From Podarcis liolepis (Eukaryota), in assembly GCA_965112155.1 (NCBI GenBank), contig OZ218108.1: 64,000 nt of DNA; one strand, written 5' to 3'. Position 1 is the stretch's first letter. Every line of letters starts with the position of its first letter. The notes under the pieces are model-generated. The model had not been told where the DNA came from. It ran no database searches and saw only the letters and a program-made list of their open reading frames with translations. The position numbers and the translations under genes were made by a program. Positions 1-12,956 of the stretch are shown here, one piece after another.

Positions 1-3000
1 TCTATTATTGCTGTGTGGTCCAAAAGGACAGTTAGCCTCCCTTGAGATGTGAGCAATACCTACCACACTACATGCTGGTGAATAAGTTTTTAGAGTTGAA
101 CATTTAATAATCCTCTCTGGAGGGTCCTTTAGAGCAGTTCTGGGAGGTTTCTGCAATTGCGGGGGTGGGCACTAAGAGCCTGCTCATGCAATATTGTGCT
201 GACTGATTGATGTGGGAAAAAACCCAAAGTGCAATATGTACTAAAGAGTGGGGGGGGGGAGTATGTACCTTTTTTGTCTATATGATGTGCGATAGAAAAA
301 AGTAAGGAAATAATTCAGCTAAGCGGTTTTTTAAAGGCACTTGGGCCATCATGTAGCCAGCTGCATATCTACACACTTATTTTAATTGGAACCCTGTAAT
401 TGGTAGTTGCTTTTTAAAATGGGATTGCCAGCCAGGACAAGATTGTCTCACTTTCCAAGCATGAGCCGCCCATGTACACCACCATAGCTACTATGAGAGA
501 CGCTGAAGTTAAGCAAAAAAGAAAAAAGTAAAGGGGGAAAAACATCCCCCACTTCTCTGTTCTACTTCGATGGATTTTCATTTTTCAGTTCCTAGTGATT
601 TTTATTTATAGTGGAACTCAGTGGGAAAAGGCAATGTCTTGCAGTAAAAATAAGGGCTTGGGCCCAGACAGAAGCAGGCCCCCAGCTGAGAAGTTCGCAA
701 TCCAAGCACATCAGAAGTTTGTTGACCATCATGGTTTCATCTAAAGCCAAACTGTAGCTGAAAACTCTACATCTGGGATCATTTGCAATTGTATCTGGAT
801 TCTGCAGCTTGAGCCCAAGTCTCTGAGAATTTTAAGATGCAAGATCAACATGAACACTGAAGCAAAATCCCTCACAACAATAGCTGCTCCTCCAGTTCCC
901 TCAGCAGACAGAAAGGAGTTGCCCTGTGCCTCATTATTTTCCATGGCAGAGTAAAAACAAGGTGCCCTATCTTTCAGAGCAAAAGAAAAATGTTATGTGT
1001 GAGAGTTGGATGACTTGCATTTATTCTTTGCAAGTTGCTTAAATTTTCTACTTAATTCGATTAATTTTTCAAAGCACACCATGGAGAGGCAACTGGCTTC
1101 TTCATTGACTGATTGGAAATCCTATACTGCTTCTCTTTTTCTCTGACTCTCTTGCTCTTTATTACAGTACATCTCAAATGCTTGCAAATGCATAGTAAGC
1201 AGTCAATTGAGTTCATTTTAGAGAGGCTTCTTTTTTATTTTTCGGGTGTTTATTGGGTGCACGGGTGTGGATTATGCCTTGGAGAAGAGCCTTGGCAGTT
1301 CAAAGCCTGCTTCTCTTTATATGTATTTTGACTGGAGTGTATTTATTTATTTTAAAAGGCATTAGTATTATTGATAATATATTTCCTACCCTGAAGACCA
1401 CTACTTGCAAAATATATGTGTTATTGCTGCGAGTCAGCCTCTCGTTCGAAACCCTGGTTTTGATTATCATGCTACCATCATGTAAAAATAGATCTTTTGT
1501 GTTAGCAATTGACATGGTATTGGTCTTCTTTGGTCAAAGGGAAGGGTAAAAAAACAAATTAATCAGATATTTGACAAGATTTGTTATTGGCTGAAATTTC
1601 AATACTCTACCCTCCCCAGTTCATACAAAAATATATATATTAACGAGTACATTATATATATATTTTTATTTTAAAAAGATGGACAGCAGTACTCCGTGCA
1701 GTAAAAGACTTGAGCGATTAATGCTACCCTTATGCCTCTTTTGAGTAGTTGTAGCCATGGGGCTTGGCACTTCCACCATTGTCTTCGTGCCAAAAAATAT
1801 CCGCAGCGACTGCCGCATTCTAGTACAGGAGGGTTGAGTCGAAAATTCCGCAGTGAATGCGTCGAGTTTCTACATTGCTGTAGACTCTTTCTTTTTAAAA
1901 CAGATCCCCCCCAATCCATTTAAAAATAAACAATCATTTGTACCACCCCAGTTAAGAAATAGACATCCTGGATTGCTAGGTTTCAGCAGCACCTGAGAAT
2001 GTTGCAATATTGTAAAGTAAGCATAGAAATTCTGGTTGATCTTTCTTTAAAAAAACAAAAAACCATGCACACAAATAGTTACTTAAAGAGCCTACTCTAG
2101 CATATTATCAACACTCTTTCAAATTTTATTATCTGAAACAAATGTGCAAGTGAATTTTAAGCAGAAAATCAACATAAAAGAGTGCAGCTAATTTTAAATG
2201 GACAGGTTTTTTTTTTTTTTACAAATGATTTTTTCCCCTTCCACAAAACGAAATGTCATTTACAAAAAAAGTCTGCTCGTTCCATAATGACAATTGATAG
2301 TGAATATATACAAACACAGAAACACACAGATACCCAAGCACACACTCATCTCCAAAGGGTTTCTTGTAAATTTTGATTATTTTGTTCTTAACTGGGAGGA
2401 ATCTGGTTGGATTTGAGAGCAAAAATAAAGATGCAATGAAAGTTAAAGGCTTACACTATTAGAATGAAATGTGTTCACTCATGATCTCCAAAGCTATCTA
2501 TTTGGTGGTAAAAGTGGATGCTACAGATGAAATCTTTACAAGGAGCATAATCCTAAAAAAAAAGTCAATCTCCTGCTGGTTGCTATGTCTCTTTGGTACC
2601 TCACAGACTTCGACAGAGTCCTGGACGAGTGCCCATTGATGTCATGGAAACACTCAAATTACTGAGAATGATTCATGTCTGTGCTGTTCTCTTATCCTCC
2701 CCCACACAAATAGAAGTAGATTTTTAACCCTGACAACTTGTAATTTGCAGTGCGTTTATTTTTGTATCTGGATAAATATTTTTTAACAACTGAAATTAAA
2801 ACAAGGCAGCCTGTGACTGATCTGATAGTAAGGAGGCGGACAGGTATTCACATGCAGCAAATAGAAATGTTTGCTGGGCTCTTTGTACAATAAGGTTGCG
2901 ATTGTTGGCTTTATTCCTCTGCCCCTCACCCCAACGTTAAATTTTATTGCTTCAGTTCACCTAGTAGATTCACCTAGTAATGAAGTTCTCCTTACAGGTG

Positions 3001-4429
3001 CAATGCTGAGTAAAAGCTACACTGCACCTATTCCTTTCAAAGACCCCTGTCCACCTTGCTCCCTGTTTTGTGTCTTGTTAACTCAGCATTTGAATTGGTC
3101 ATGGCTACTGCTATATTACTACTATCCTTTGTATTAATTGCACATGGTACTGACTTAAGTCATAAACTCAGTTTAAGAAATATTGCTTTCTTGGTCTGTA
3201 GACAAATTCATTCTGTAGTGTTGGTTCTGTTTTCTGCCAAGGCAGAACAGGATTCAAGAACAGGTTACAAGATCTTACTTTTTCTGGCCGTATAATGAGT
3301 TCAGTCTATGGAGATATTCTGCTGTAAATGCTCCATTGAAAGTGGCAGACTAAATGGGAGCACAGTTGCGTGTTCATGTAACTCCTATTCCTTTCCAATA
3401 CGAGAGCCCCCCCCCCGCGAGTGTGCCCTGTATTTCTAAACAGAGTAACTGAATACAAATAATTTCATATGAGCATGTTAACATCTGCAGATGCCATTTT
3501 AAGAGCTTGTAGAATAAGCACAACCACAATTTGTCAATGTGACTTTATTTTATACCATAAAGTCACATAACTTAGGCACTGTTTTTATTGAAGCCTAGCT
3601 ATATTCAGCAAATATTAAATAGTGCCTTACATGTATTTAATTAAGTGAAGACTAGATTTTTCGACATGCATTCAACACTGTCTCTGGGAAATGAAGTAGC
3701 AGATTCTTAATGTACTTTATTCAATATTTTAAGTGCAAAAAAGTAAGCATCTTCTTTTTCATTGCTTATGATTCTGTGAAATTCAGAATGCATATTACAT
3801 TATCGAATAAAATTCTTTAAACCACAGGCACTTGTGCAAAGGACATGTCTTCGATAGTGATAGTAATTAAATGATTCATTTGCAGGGGTAATGTACTGTA
3901 CTACGTATAGTCAGTTATTGCGATTTATTATATGCTTGATTGGGAAAACAACCTGAACTCTGCATTACATTAGATCTGTACACCCAAGTGTCATTATTGT
4001 TGACCACCCGTTGGTAAATCGTACATGAATCAAATGTAGTTGATATCCGATCACATTGTGTTATATGTGGTTCTTGCTGTACTAAGCCATTTAATCTTAT
4101 CTCTGGTGATCTTGTATGATCCCCATAATTGCAGATATGCCCTTGCCCACTTTATCTTAATCTGTAACTTCCTCGCTATAGTAGTCTTAATCACTTGGGT
4201 GGTTTTCATGCCATCTCTTTGATATCAGCACCCATATTGTTCTTTGTTTCCCTCGTGGAACAGGGCTATTAGGGTTTCATGTTTTTCACCAGTCAAATCC
4301 CCCCCTACCCCCCCCTAGGTTTTTTAATGTTCACCTTTACATTTGGAAAGTCTTTTCTTAACTGAAGTAGCAAGAACTATTTTCTAAAGGAAAAGTAGAA
4401 CTATGTTCTAAAGGAAATCAAAGGAGCAT

Positions 4430-5569
4430 ATAAGGGAATCAAATTAGGTACTTAGAGCTGGCACAGAAACCCAGCACTCTGTTCAAATCCTTTGCAGTTC
4501 TGAGGCAGCTGAAACGCTGGTAGGAAGCGACATTTTTTGATCCAAATTTTTCTTTCCTGAGTGTAACTGCTGAGCTCAGGTCATTCGCTAGGGAATTACA
4601 CCGAGAAAGAGTGAGAAGAATCAGACTTCTGAAAGGTTTCTTTGCTAAATTCACCATCTGGAGAGCTTCTGATTGATTACCTCTGACCTCACTGGTGACT
4701 GCAGTGTAATCAGTGAGAATTATTATGGTCAGGTCATGACACGGTAACCTTCCTGCTGTGTACGTAAAAATAAATTTACTCAGGTTTTAGGGATGGGGTG
4801 AAAAGGAAGAGGAAAGGAGAGTTGTTTGCTTCTTGAGAGAGGTTGCTGATCCTGTTTCAGGGCTTTAGGAAACATGAGTGACATTTGGAATGAGAACAGG
4901 GCATTTATTTTCTTTTTTTCATCATACCAAATCTTGAAGGTGACTTACAACACAGTCCCCCAAGAACTTCTTTTTCACTAGTCCTGTGGAAATGAATGGC
5001 AGTTGCGCAGGAACAGTGTGTCAGTAGGCCTATCTAGTTATGTCGTTATGAAGGGCACCAGAGGCCAAACTAGATAAGACTATGAGCAGTCCATGATGGA
5101 CTGCCCTTATTTATTTATTTTTGCTTTTTAGTTTAAAGCAACCATGAAGCTTCCTTCCAAATTGTATCTTTGCTATAGCCTTGTAAAGCTAACTCTCGCC
5201 CACACCACCAGTCTATGCCCCGCCCCAACCTGCTGGGTGTCCCATACAATGGAATGTGAAGTAGCCCCCAGACTGAACTCTGTGATGAAGCCTTTTAATG
5301 AGTGGGAACTCTTCCCCATGTAATAAGTTTGGGCTTCAAGTTTGAGCAAATGGAGTATTTTCTATGGAGGGTGGATTGTAGCTCTGAAATGAAAACGCAT
5401 AATATGCAGTGATTTTGTTCTATTCCAGGATTATAGAAGTTGAACCTGACAGTGCAACCCAATAAATAGTCTGCTATATAGATAAAATAATTATGCAGTA
5501 TATTACTTATAGAAATGCATATGTCAGCTAACACTACTTTCTCTGTTGTTTTTTTTTTTAAAAAAACAG
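4430..5569 (+). promoter_or_regulatory. Candidate internal promoter / alternative 5' exon region upstream of the 65-bp exon
   Basis: No recognisable TE, GC box CCCCGCCCC at 5218-5226, donor-like ACG|GTAACC at 4743/4744. Mammalian TCF4 has alternative first exons near this exon. Confidence 0.4.
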
Positions 5570-5634
5570 GTAAATCAGAAAGGGGCTCCTATTCATCATA
5601 TGGGCGAGACTCGAACCTACAGGGTTGCCACCAG
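5570..5634 (+). CDS. TCF4: TCF4 internal coding exon, 65 bp: (S)[21 protein letters not shown]
   Basis: Acceptor ...aaacAG|GTAAATCAG at 5568-5569 and donor CCAG|GTAAGA at 5635. The peptide matches human TCF4 [22 protein letters not shown] as recalled. Ends in phase 0. Confidence 0.95.
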
Positions 5635-6069
5635 GTAAGAGCCAGCCATGATACGGGAAAATGTACAGTCTTACGATTTATCCCAAACATGATTTTTGTG
5701 GATTATGCAGTCTCAGTCTTGAGGACGCCAGATGGTTTGCAAAGGGGTCTTTAACAAAATTTAATTTGTGTTTGAAATTGTAGATGTTAAGACATTTTTC
5801 TAGTTCCTTCTGATTATTGTCTGTGGATTTCAATTAGTAACTTGTTCAATATCCTGGTATCATGTTGGTAGAGTATTGATCAACCTCCTTCCGTACCGTT
5901 TTCAACATGACAATTCCTGACTAATGGCACAACTTAAGGAATTGTAAAGGGAGAGCACCCACGGAGGATGTGTAAGACCCTTGCTTTGGATGGCTATTGC
6001 AATAAATTACAGTTTTCATAGAGTCTGTATGATGTTGTGTGAAAACAGGGTTGTATTGAAGGATAAAAA

Positions 6070-6209
6070 NNNNNNNNNNNNNNNNNNNNNNNNNNNNNNN
6101 NNNNNNNNNNNNNNNNNNNNNNNNNNNNNNNNNNNNNNNNNNNNNNNNNNNNNNNNNNNNNNNNNNNNNNNNNNNNNNNNNNNNNNNNNNNNNNNNNNNN
6201 NNNNNNNNN
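6070..6209. other. N-run (140 bp)
   Basis: Run of N. Confidence 0.99.
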
Positions 6210-6412
6210 ATAAAATGCCAATGTAATACAAAGGTATAGCATGTGTGTGTTTGTGCCTCTGAACACTCCACATTTGCATACTTCTGACTCTCCAGAGAGC
6301 GCCTTAGTCTAAAATTGCTTTCAATAGCCAAACGTTTAAGCTCCTTTCAAGCCAAGTGATAAAAAAAGATGCTGCAATATAATTTTACCATTCATTTTTC
6401 TCTCTTCGACCC

Positions 6413-6420
6413 TTTTCTTT

Positions 6421-6487
<67 letters not shown>
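6413..6487. repeat. (TTTC)n microsatellite
   Basis: About 18 uninterrupted TTTC units. Confidence 0.97.
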
Positions 6488-6489
<2 letters not shown>

Positions 6490-7199
6490 GTGGAGCAGTA
6501 GTTGCTCAATTTTGAAAACTGCAGAGAGGGATTAATACCCTCTTTTTAATATCCAAACTTTACAGAGTTTTAACTCAGCTAGCCAAAAGAAGTATGCTAT
6601 TTCTCTTGTTGAAGGGAGTATGTGTTCCCTCACCCTTTTTATCCTTTTAATATGGTCAAGTCCCTTAGTGATATGGGGGGAACAATGTGGGATTTTGAGG
6701 CTGCGGGTTGCTACTCTGTTTAATTAAGCATAGAAAAATATAAACAATTCAAGTAATTAAATAGGATCTTGCCTTGGAAAGTACACACACTTAGTATTAG
6801 TGTATCCTTAGCGCTGGCATTCCATTGCCTTCTTGCATCTGTTAGCTTTTTCAAGTTTGGACTTTCCAGCCTTCTCAGATAAGCCATCAGTTCTGTCCAG
6901 ATCTGTAGCCAGAGATTTGTGGAAATGAGACATGAGAGTGGCTGGGGCAAGAACTTAAGGGCTGCATGTGTTATCAAGTGCAATTCACCCCACTTTTTTT
7001 CCTGGGAGGAATTCCACAGAAAAGTAAATTTACAGCCATTCCAGGGCAACGGAAACATCTTTGGAATGCAGCTGCAAGTGCTAGGAGCAGATAGCTTAGG
7101 CAATGAACAGCTTAGTGCTGTGTCTCTAGTGTAAAGCTTTCAATTCCTGTGGAAGGCCTGTTCCTGTGTATCTGGTTTCTGAGGGTCAAGGCAGAGGTT

Positions 7200-7800
7200 G
7201 TTCTAAGTGAGAGAGGAGGAGGTTGACCACATGCTTCCTTTTTTGCAGGTGGTGGTGGAACAAACTGCAATTTTCAGAGGGGCCCTCTTTGTTGGCTGGG
7301 GAAGTAGTCTTATGTGATTTTGGACAGCTTTGTGTGTGTTTCTGTAGCTAATAATAATTTATACTGGTTCCTTATTATAAGCAACAAGATTTCCCTGCCG
7401 ACTTTAGTTAGAGCAAAGTCCCCTTAAGCTGTGAAATTGTCATTCAAGCTGCCCGAGACTTTAGATACTTCGTGGAAAAAGAAAATAGCTTTTCCTTTTG
7501 TTTCAAGCAAAAAAAGTAGAAAGAAAGCTGCGCTGGGTGCATTTTTCACATTCAACCTCCTGACTATTCCTATAAGAGCCCTTCGATTCATTTCAAGGCT
7601 CTGGCGAATACTTTACTTATTTAAAATTATTCCATGCTCATTATAGGTTAGAGTTTGCTGTAGTGCCACCATCAGTACCGTCACTGATCCTGCATGTTTA
7701 TTTAGCTGTGTTACAGTTTCTTTGTGTCCAGATACATGATGCTGTTGCAAATCTGTCTAACAATAAATGTCTGTGCGTAATGCTCAGCAAAAGTAAGTCA
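7200..7800 (+). promoter_or_regulatory. Candidate alternative non-coding 5' exon(s) that would splice to the 130-bp exon
   Basis: Donors TAG|GTTAGA (7647) and AAA|GTAAGT (7793), acceptor ttccttttttgcAG (7247-7248), some retained CpGs. Position resembles mammalian internal 5' exons. Confidence 0.3.
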
Positions 7801-9320
7801 TCCTGTGAATGAAAGACACCTACCTATAGAAAGTAGGTTTGTCTCAAATTTGCTGCCTTGTTCCCTTATTGTTGCCTTGTGAGTTTGAATAAAGCATTGT
7901 TTTTTCTCCCCATTTTACCCTCCCCCCTCTGTCTCTGCCATCTCCTTTAATCACCCCATAGCTCTTTGCTCCCCCCTGCAATGGAAATAGGAAATTATCA
8001 TTTCCCAATGTTCATCCATCTCTGCTCACCAATCCTGTTATATTTGCTCCCCCTCCATTATAATAACCTTTTAGCTGACCACTGAAAGTCCTGTCATTTC
8101 TCGCAGACCAATACACAACTTCTTCTCTTGTAATAAATAAATAAATGCTCAGCTGACTTAATTCTGTCTTCATCTTAAGAAATTGCTCTATAAATCAGTG
8201 GAAACCGATGATGTCCATATCTAACAGCCATGCTATTCATAACTTTTCCATGATGGCACTGTTTCTTAACGTTCTTGTGTACAGTTGTGTAAAGTCCAGT
8301 TGCAGGCAACCCTAATCCTTGAAACAGATGCTTGGGTGCACCTACTTAGTTCTGATTGTCCTCAAAATAAGGAAGTGGCTGGACATTTTTTGACAATGCC
8401 GATTTACATTTGAAAGGAACACAGATTCAAACATTCCTGGAAAAAGGCCAGGGGAGGTGGATGAAGAACAATAATCCAAGAATAGTGATTACCTGCTATG
8501 AAACACAGAAAACAAGCTCTTAGCCAAGTAAAATAGCAAGGTCAAGCTCGGTCAACGGTCATGGAGGTAAATGACTGATCCCAACAAAGAAGATGGGCAG
8601 AAAAAAACACATAGGAATTGAAAGTTCAAGGTTTGGATGTTATCATACGAAGCACTAAATAACTTGGGATCAGGGTTTCTGAGGGATCACCTTATCCCCT
8701 AAATCCCAGCCCCAGTGATAATGATCATCTGGGGGGCTTTTGGGGTTCCACATAAGCTGGAGACTTGCCCCATGACTGTTAAGACTCGAGCCTTTTGCAT
8801 AGTGTCCCTTGCATTTTGGAATCAGCTTCCCCTTGAAATTAGATAGGCATCAGCGATCTGTACTTTTTGTCGTACGCTGGACACTTTTTTTGTTTCTACA
8901 TACCTTCCCAGAAAGACAAGCCTTTTCGCTGATAAGAATTCATTGGAGTTTTGTAAAAATAAAATAAAATAAAATGAATTTACATTATTGTATTGGTTGC
9001 AATATTCAACTTTTTTTTGGTTGGTTTTTTTTTTGTATTTACTGCTAGCTGAATATTGTAAGAAGCTTCTTGAAGGCTTTTTTATTTTTACGTTTTGCTT
9101 TGAAAAGCAGAGTATAAGTTCATAAATAAATAAAGTTCTTTTGGTCATGCTTGAAAGTGGTTAGCTCAGGGTGACTAGGGCCAGATCCAAGTGCTGATGT
9201 ATTTTTAGCGGGTTGCAAAAGGCCTATCAAATTTTACTCAAAATGTGGTTATGCAGTTCTACACATTAATAAAGTGATGTTTATTTTTGAACTATAAGAA
9301 GCAAGAGATGTTGCATACTT

Positions 9321-9690
9321 TAAGAACATAAGATGAGTCCTGCTGGACCAGGCGAAAGGAATCTTGGTTACATCTGTATTTGTTTTATTTATTATTATAC
9401 ACCCCATGTTTGAGACACTTCCTCTACAAAGTAGCTTATAATCACCAATAAAAACAAAGTCCACGTGATATTAAAATATAAACATGCAGAATATACAGTC
9501 AACTGCCTGCCACAGGACCACAGGCAGGGCATGAAGCCATTATCCCATTTTTCGTCCCTCAAGTGCTCCACTCCTGAAATGGGGGTTCCATTTCGCTACT
9601 GTGACTGATGCTCCATCTGTCCTCCACGAATGTATAATCCCCTCTCAAAGGTATTCATGCCATCCACCATCACATGATAGCAAATTCCCT
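9321..9690 (-). mobile_element. Old CR1 LINE 3' fragment, interrupted by an AT-rich insert (~9380-9500)
   Basis: Starts with TAAGAACATAAGA...CTGCTGGACCAGGC, typical of a reptile CR1 3' end read antisense, and resumes with degraded CR1-like sequence. Confidence 0.55.
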
Positions 9691-9739
9691 AACTCTCTCT
9701 TTATTTAGACCTTTATGCCCAGGGAGGATGTTACTTGGT

Positions 9740-9920
9740 CGTTCACCACAACTGAAAAGGCCCTTTCTTGGGGCACCATCCACCAAACCTCTGAAGGTGG
9801 GGCTGCCTAGAGAAGGACCTCAGAAGATGACCTCAATATGCGGGCAAGTTCTTGTGAACTATATATGGCCTTAATGGTTAGCACTGGAGCTTTGAATTAT
9901 GCTTAGAAAATATTCAGTAC
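9740..9920 (-). mobile_element. Degraded L2-like LINE fragment
   Basis: Resembles the antisense 3' ORF2 region of the other L2 fragments in the window. Confidence 0.4.
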
Positions 9921-10923
9921 TCAAAATATTTACTGTTAGCCAATAAATAGTTTTTATCATCAATCTTCTGGAGGAAAGGTACTAATGTTGTAACCCTAAA
10001 GCCACGTACCTCCATGTGTAGGAGTCTGTCATAAATTATTTAATATTTTTGAACCATTCATTGACAACCTGTCTGCCAGGTGAAATGTTTAGGGGAAGCA
10101 GAAAGTTCATGGACCGTGCAGGAACTATCAATATATTTATTTTAACATCCTGTTACTAAAATACAGCAAAACTTCATTATAGCAAAATATAGTCAAGAAA
10201 TAACTATTTTTGCAGAGCGAGAGGCTGCCTGCCATCTTCAATTTGTTGCAAAATGTCCAAGCAGAGATTAAAGGAGGCTTATAAATGGAAAAATTCCACA
10301 GGACCTGAAAGGTGAATGGAAATTACTCTTATTAGAGCTAAGATTTGTAGATCTGAGTGCCCAAACAAATATTACCAATGCTTACAGCAAAAAAACAAAA
10401 CAAAATAAAAATCCCAAAACAAAAACCAGCTTCTTACGTTCTCTTTTTCTACTTGTGAGCGAGTCACTAAAACCATTGCAAGCAAATAAACCCTCTTCTT
10501 GCTGAGAGACGATGTCAATGCATCAATATTTATTGCACCTCTTTCCCCCATGGCATACAAACTAGGAAGCACCATACTTTAAGCAACATGAGATGTTCCC
10601 TTATTTGTGGTACATGGACAAGCTTCACCACTCAATGGGTTGTGTTGATACTAGCAGGTGGCACTGGATGAGCAGGGATGACATAAGCTGATTACATCAA
10701 TGGTTTGTGCTGGTCACTGCAAGCAACTGCACAGGCATCTCGCACTCATGCAGTGGCCTTGGCAGTATGCATATCAGTGCCTCTCGCTCTTACTCGCCAC
10801 TCAACAGCAGGGGTCAAGTAGTGCACCTTTTCCTTCCATTGTGTACCACCACTGAACTTTCTCAGTGTTTTGCCTTCAATTTTGTTCACAACGCATCACC
10901 AACAGTCAAGCAATAACTACCTA

Positions 10924-11070
10924 TAGAATCATGGAATTGTAGAGTTGGAAGGGATCCTGAGGGTCATCTAGTCCAACCCCTTGCAATACAGGAATCTCAA
11001 CTAGATCATGCATGGCAGATGGCCGTCCAACCTCTGCTTTAAAAAATTCAAGGAAGGAGAGCCCACCACC
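10924..11070 (-). mobile_element. CR1 LINE 3' end, 5'-truncated
   Basis: TAGAATCATGGAATTGTAGAGTTGGAAGGG...CATCTAGTCCAACCCC is the reverse complement of a CR1 tail with the ATTCTRTG repeat; matches 18640-18742. Confidence 0.9.
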
Positions 11071-11840
11071 TCTTGTATACTGGGAATGAGGCTGAACATG
11101 GAGCAGAAATTAATCCTAATAAGGCTATAGAAATGCAGTATGCTACTTCAGAATACTTCAGAATATAGGTGGTTGATGACACTTTATGTAAAACAACAAC
11201 AACCAAACACCCTATGCAAATAGAAAATTCAGGAAACAAAAACTCAGGGAGAAAGGTTTCAACCCCACTCTTTGCCTGCTTTCTATTTTCAGGGAGATTT
11301 TACCATAGGCAGTTTATATGCTGCATTTTCCGTAAATAATTTTGTACTGAAATGATTCACAGGAAATAAACAGTCTATAATAACAGTACGTAATCATTAT
11401 GGAAGTTGTAATATCACTGCAATGTAATACTAGCAATACAACAATTATTTCACTTTACATGCATCAAAAAGTGAACATAAAGCTTCCCGATAAGTCAATT
11501 TGGAATATTTATCACAGAGGAACATTTATAAATATGATCCACTTGGTGTTAAAAATGCATTGTTCAGTATTTTAGTTAAACATTCAGATACTACCAGTTA
11601 AAACTGCAAATTTATTCTTATAATAGTTACCATATATACATATTTTGGTTTGCTGTATTAACTTCGTTATTTGCAAAATTAAAAAAATTAAAGACTTTAC
11701 AAGTGTCTTAAATTCAGCTGACAGGTCTTAATGGCGCTGAGAATGCCCCATTGCCCACCCCTGGCCGTTTAGGAAAAGGTAGGTCAAAAAGAGATCGGCT
11801 GAGATTCAGAAAGTTATCTTACTCTTAATGGTTAAGCTAA

Positions 11841-11925
11841 AATCTTAAATACACTTACCTAGAAGTAAGCTTCATTGAATTTAACAGGGCTTACTTCTAG
11901 TAGACGTGGTTCAGATCGTGCTGTT
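11841..11925. mobile_element. Short (~85 bp) palindromic MITE-like repeat
   Basis: CTAGAAGTAAGC...GCTTACTTCTAG arms; related copies at 16628, 23088, 23698 and 32841. Confidence 0.7.
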
Positions 11926-12616
11926 AGTTAAAAAAATTTCCAACTTACACCAAGCTTTTCTGACTTAAAAAACTTTAGTTATCCTATCCATTTCTTACAA
12001 TTCTCTAAAGAGCAGACAGTTACAATTTCTGGTAGAAAACCTTCACAGTCCCATACAAATTCTGATGCTTAAGGTAACAAGGGAAAGGGAAGCTGTTAGG
12101 ATGGTAAAGAAAGGACTCAATGGCTCCAACCTTCTTTTCACCCGCCCTTGTTGTGAAATTCTTCTTTCTTAGTGAGAGGAGAATACCAGGACTGCAACGG
12201 ACGTTGTGGCCAGGAAACCACTAATGGAAAATTCTTAACTGTCTTTAGAGATGTTGAAGAAGAACTGGGGAAGTTCCATCATTAAAACTGAAGGGAAGTG
12301 CAAGAATCACCTCTCAATGAAATCTATGGATATATATGCCCAAGGAAAGGACAGGGGCACAGTAAACTATGGTGCAGTTCACATCCCATTGAAGCCAATG
12401 ATAGAAACCTGACACATTTCAATAGAGTTGCAGTTCACTCGGCAAGAACTTGCTGACCTCAGTTTAATTAAATATTTAAATTAGTTGCAGTTTAATTTAA
12501 CATTTGAGGAATTAGGTAAGGGATTTTGTTGCTTTTAAGTAAAACATGGAGGTTGAACAAATCCAGCTTCTGACTTGATTTCTGGAAAGTATTACCTTCT
12601 GGTAAGAGAGAAGGTA

Positions 12617-12956
12617 GGGACGTGGGTGGCGCTGTGGGTTAAACCACAGAGACTAGGACTTGCCGATCAGGTCAGTGGTTCGAATCCCCGCGATGGGGTG
12701 AGCTTCTGCTCGGTCCCTGCTCCTACCAACCTAGCAGTTCGAAAGCACATCAAAGTGCAAGTAGATAAATAGGTACCGCTCCGGTGAGAAGGTAAACGGC
12801 GTTTCCGTGCACTGCTCTGGTTCGCTAGAAGCAGCTTAGTCATGCTGGCCACATGACCTGGAAGCTGTACGCCGGCTCCCTTGGCCAGTAAAGCGAGATG
12901 AGCGCTGCAACCCCAGAGTCGGCCACAACTGGACCTAATGGTCAGGGGTCCCCTTA
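12617..12956 (+). mobile_element. Sauria SINE (Squam1), full length
   Basis: tRNA-like head with B box GGTTCGAATCC, diagnostic GTGCAAGTAGATAAATAGGTACC core, 13-bp TSD AAGAGAGAAGGTA (12604-12616 / 12957-12969). Confidence 0.95.

Noticed and set aside
4629-4676. LKGFFAKFTIWRA resembling a recalled human TCF4 alternative N-terminus
   Set aside because: No ATG, early stop, and the similarity is weak and based on memory
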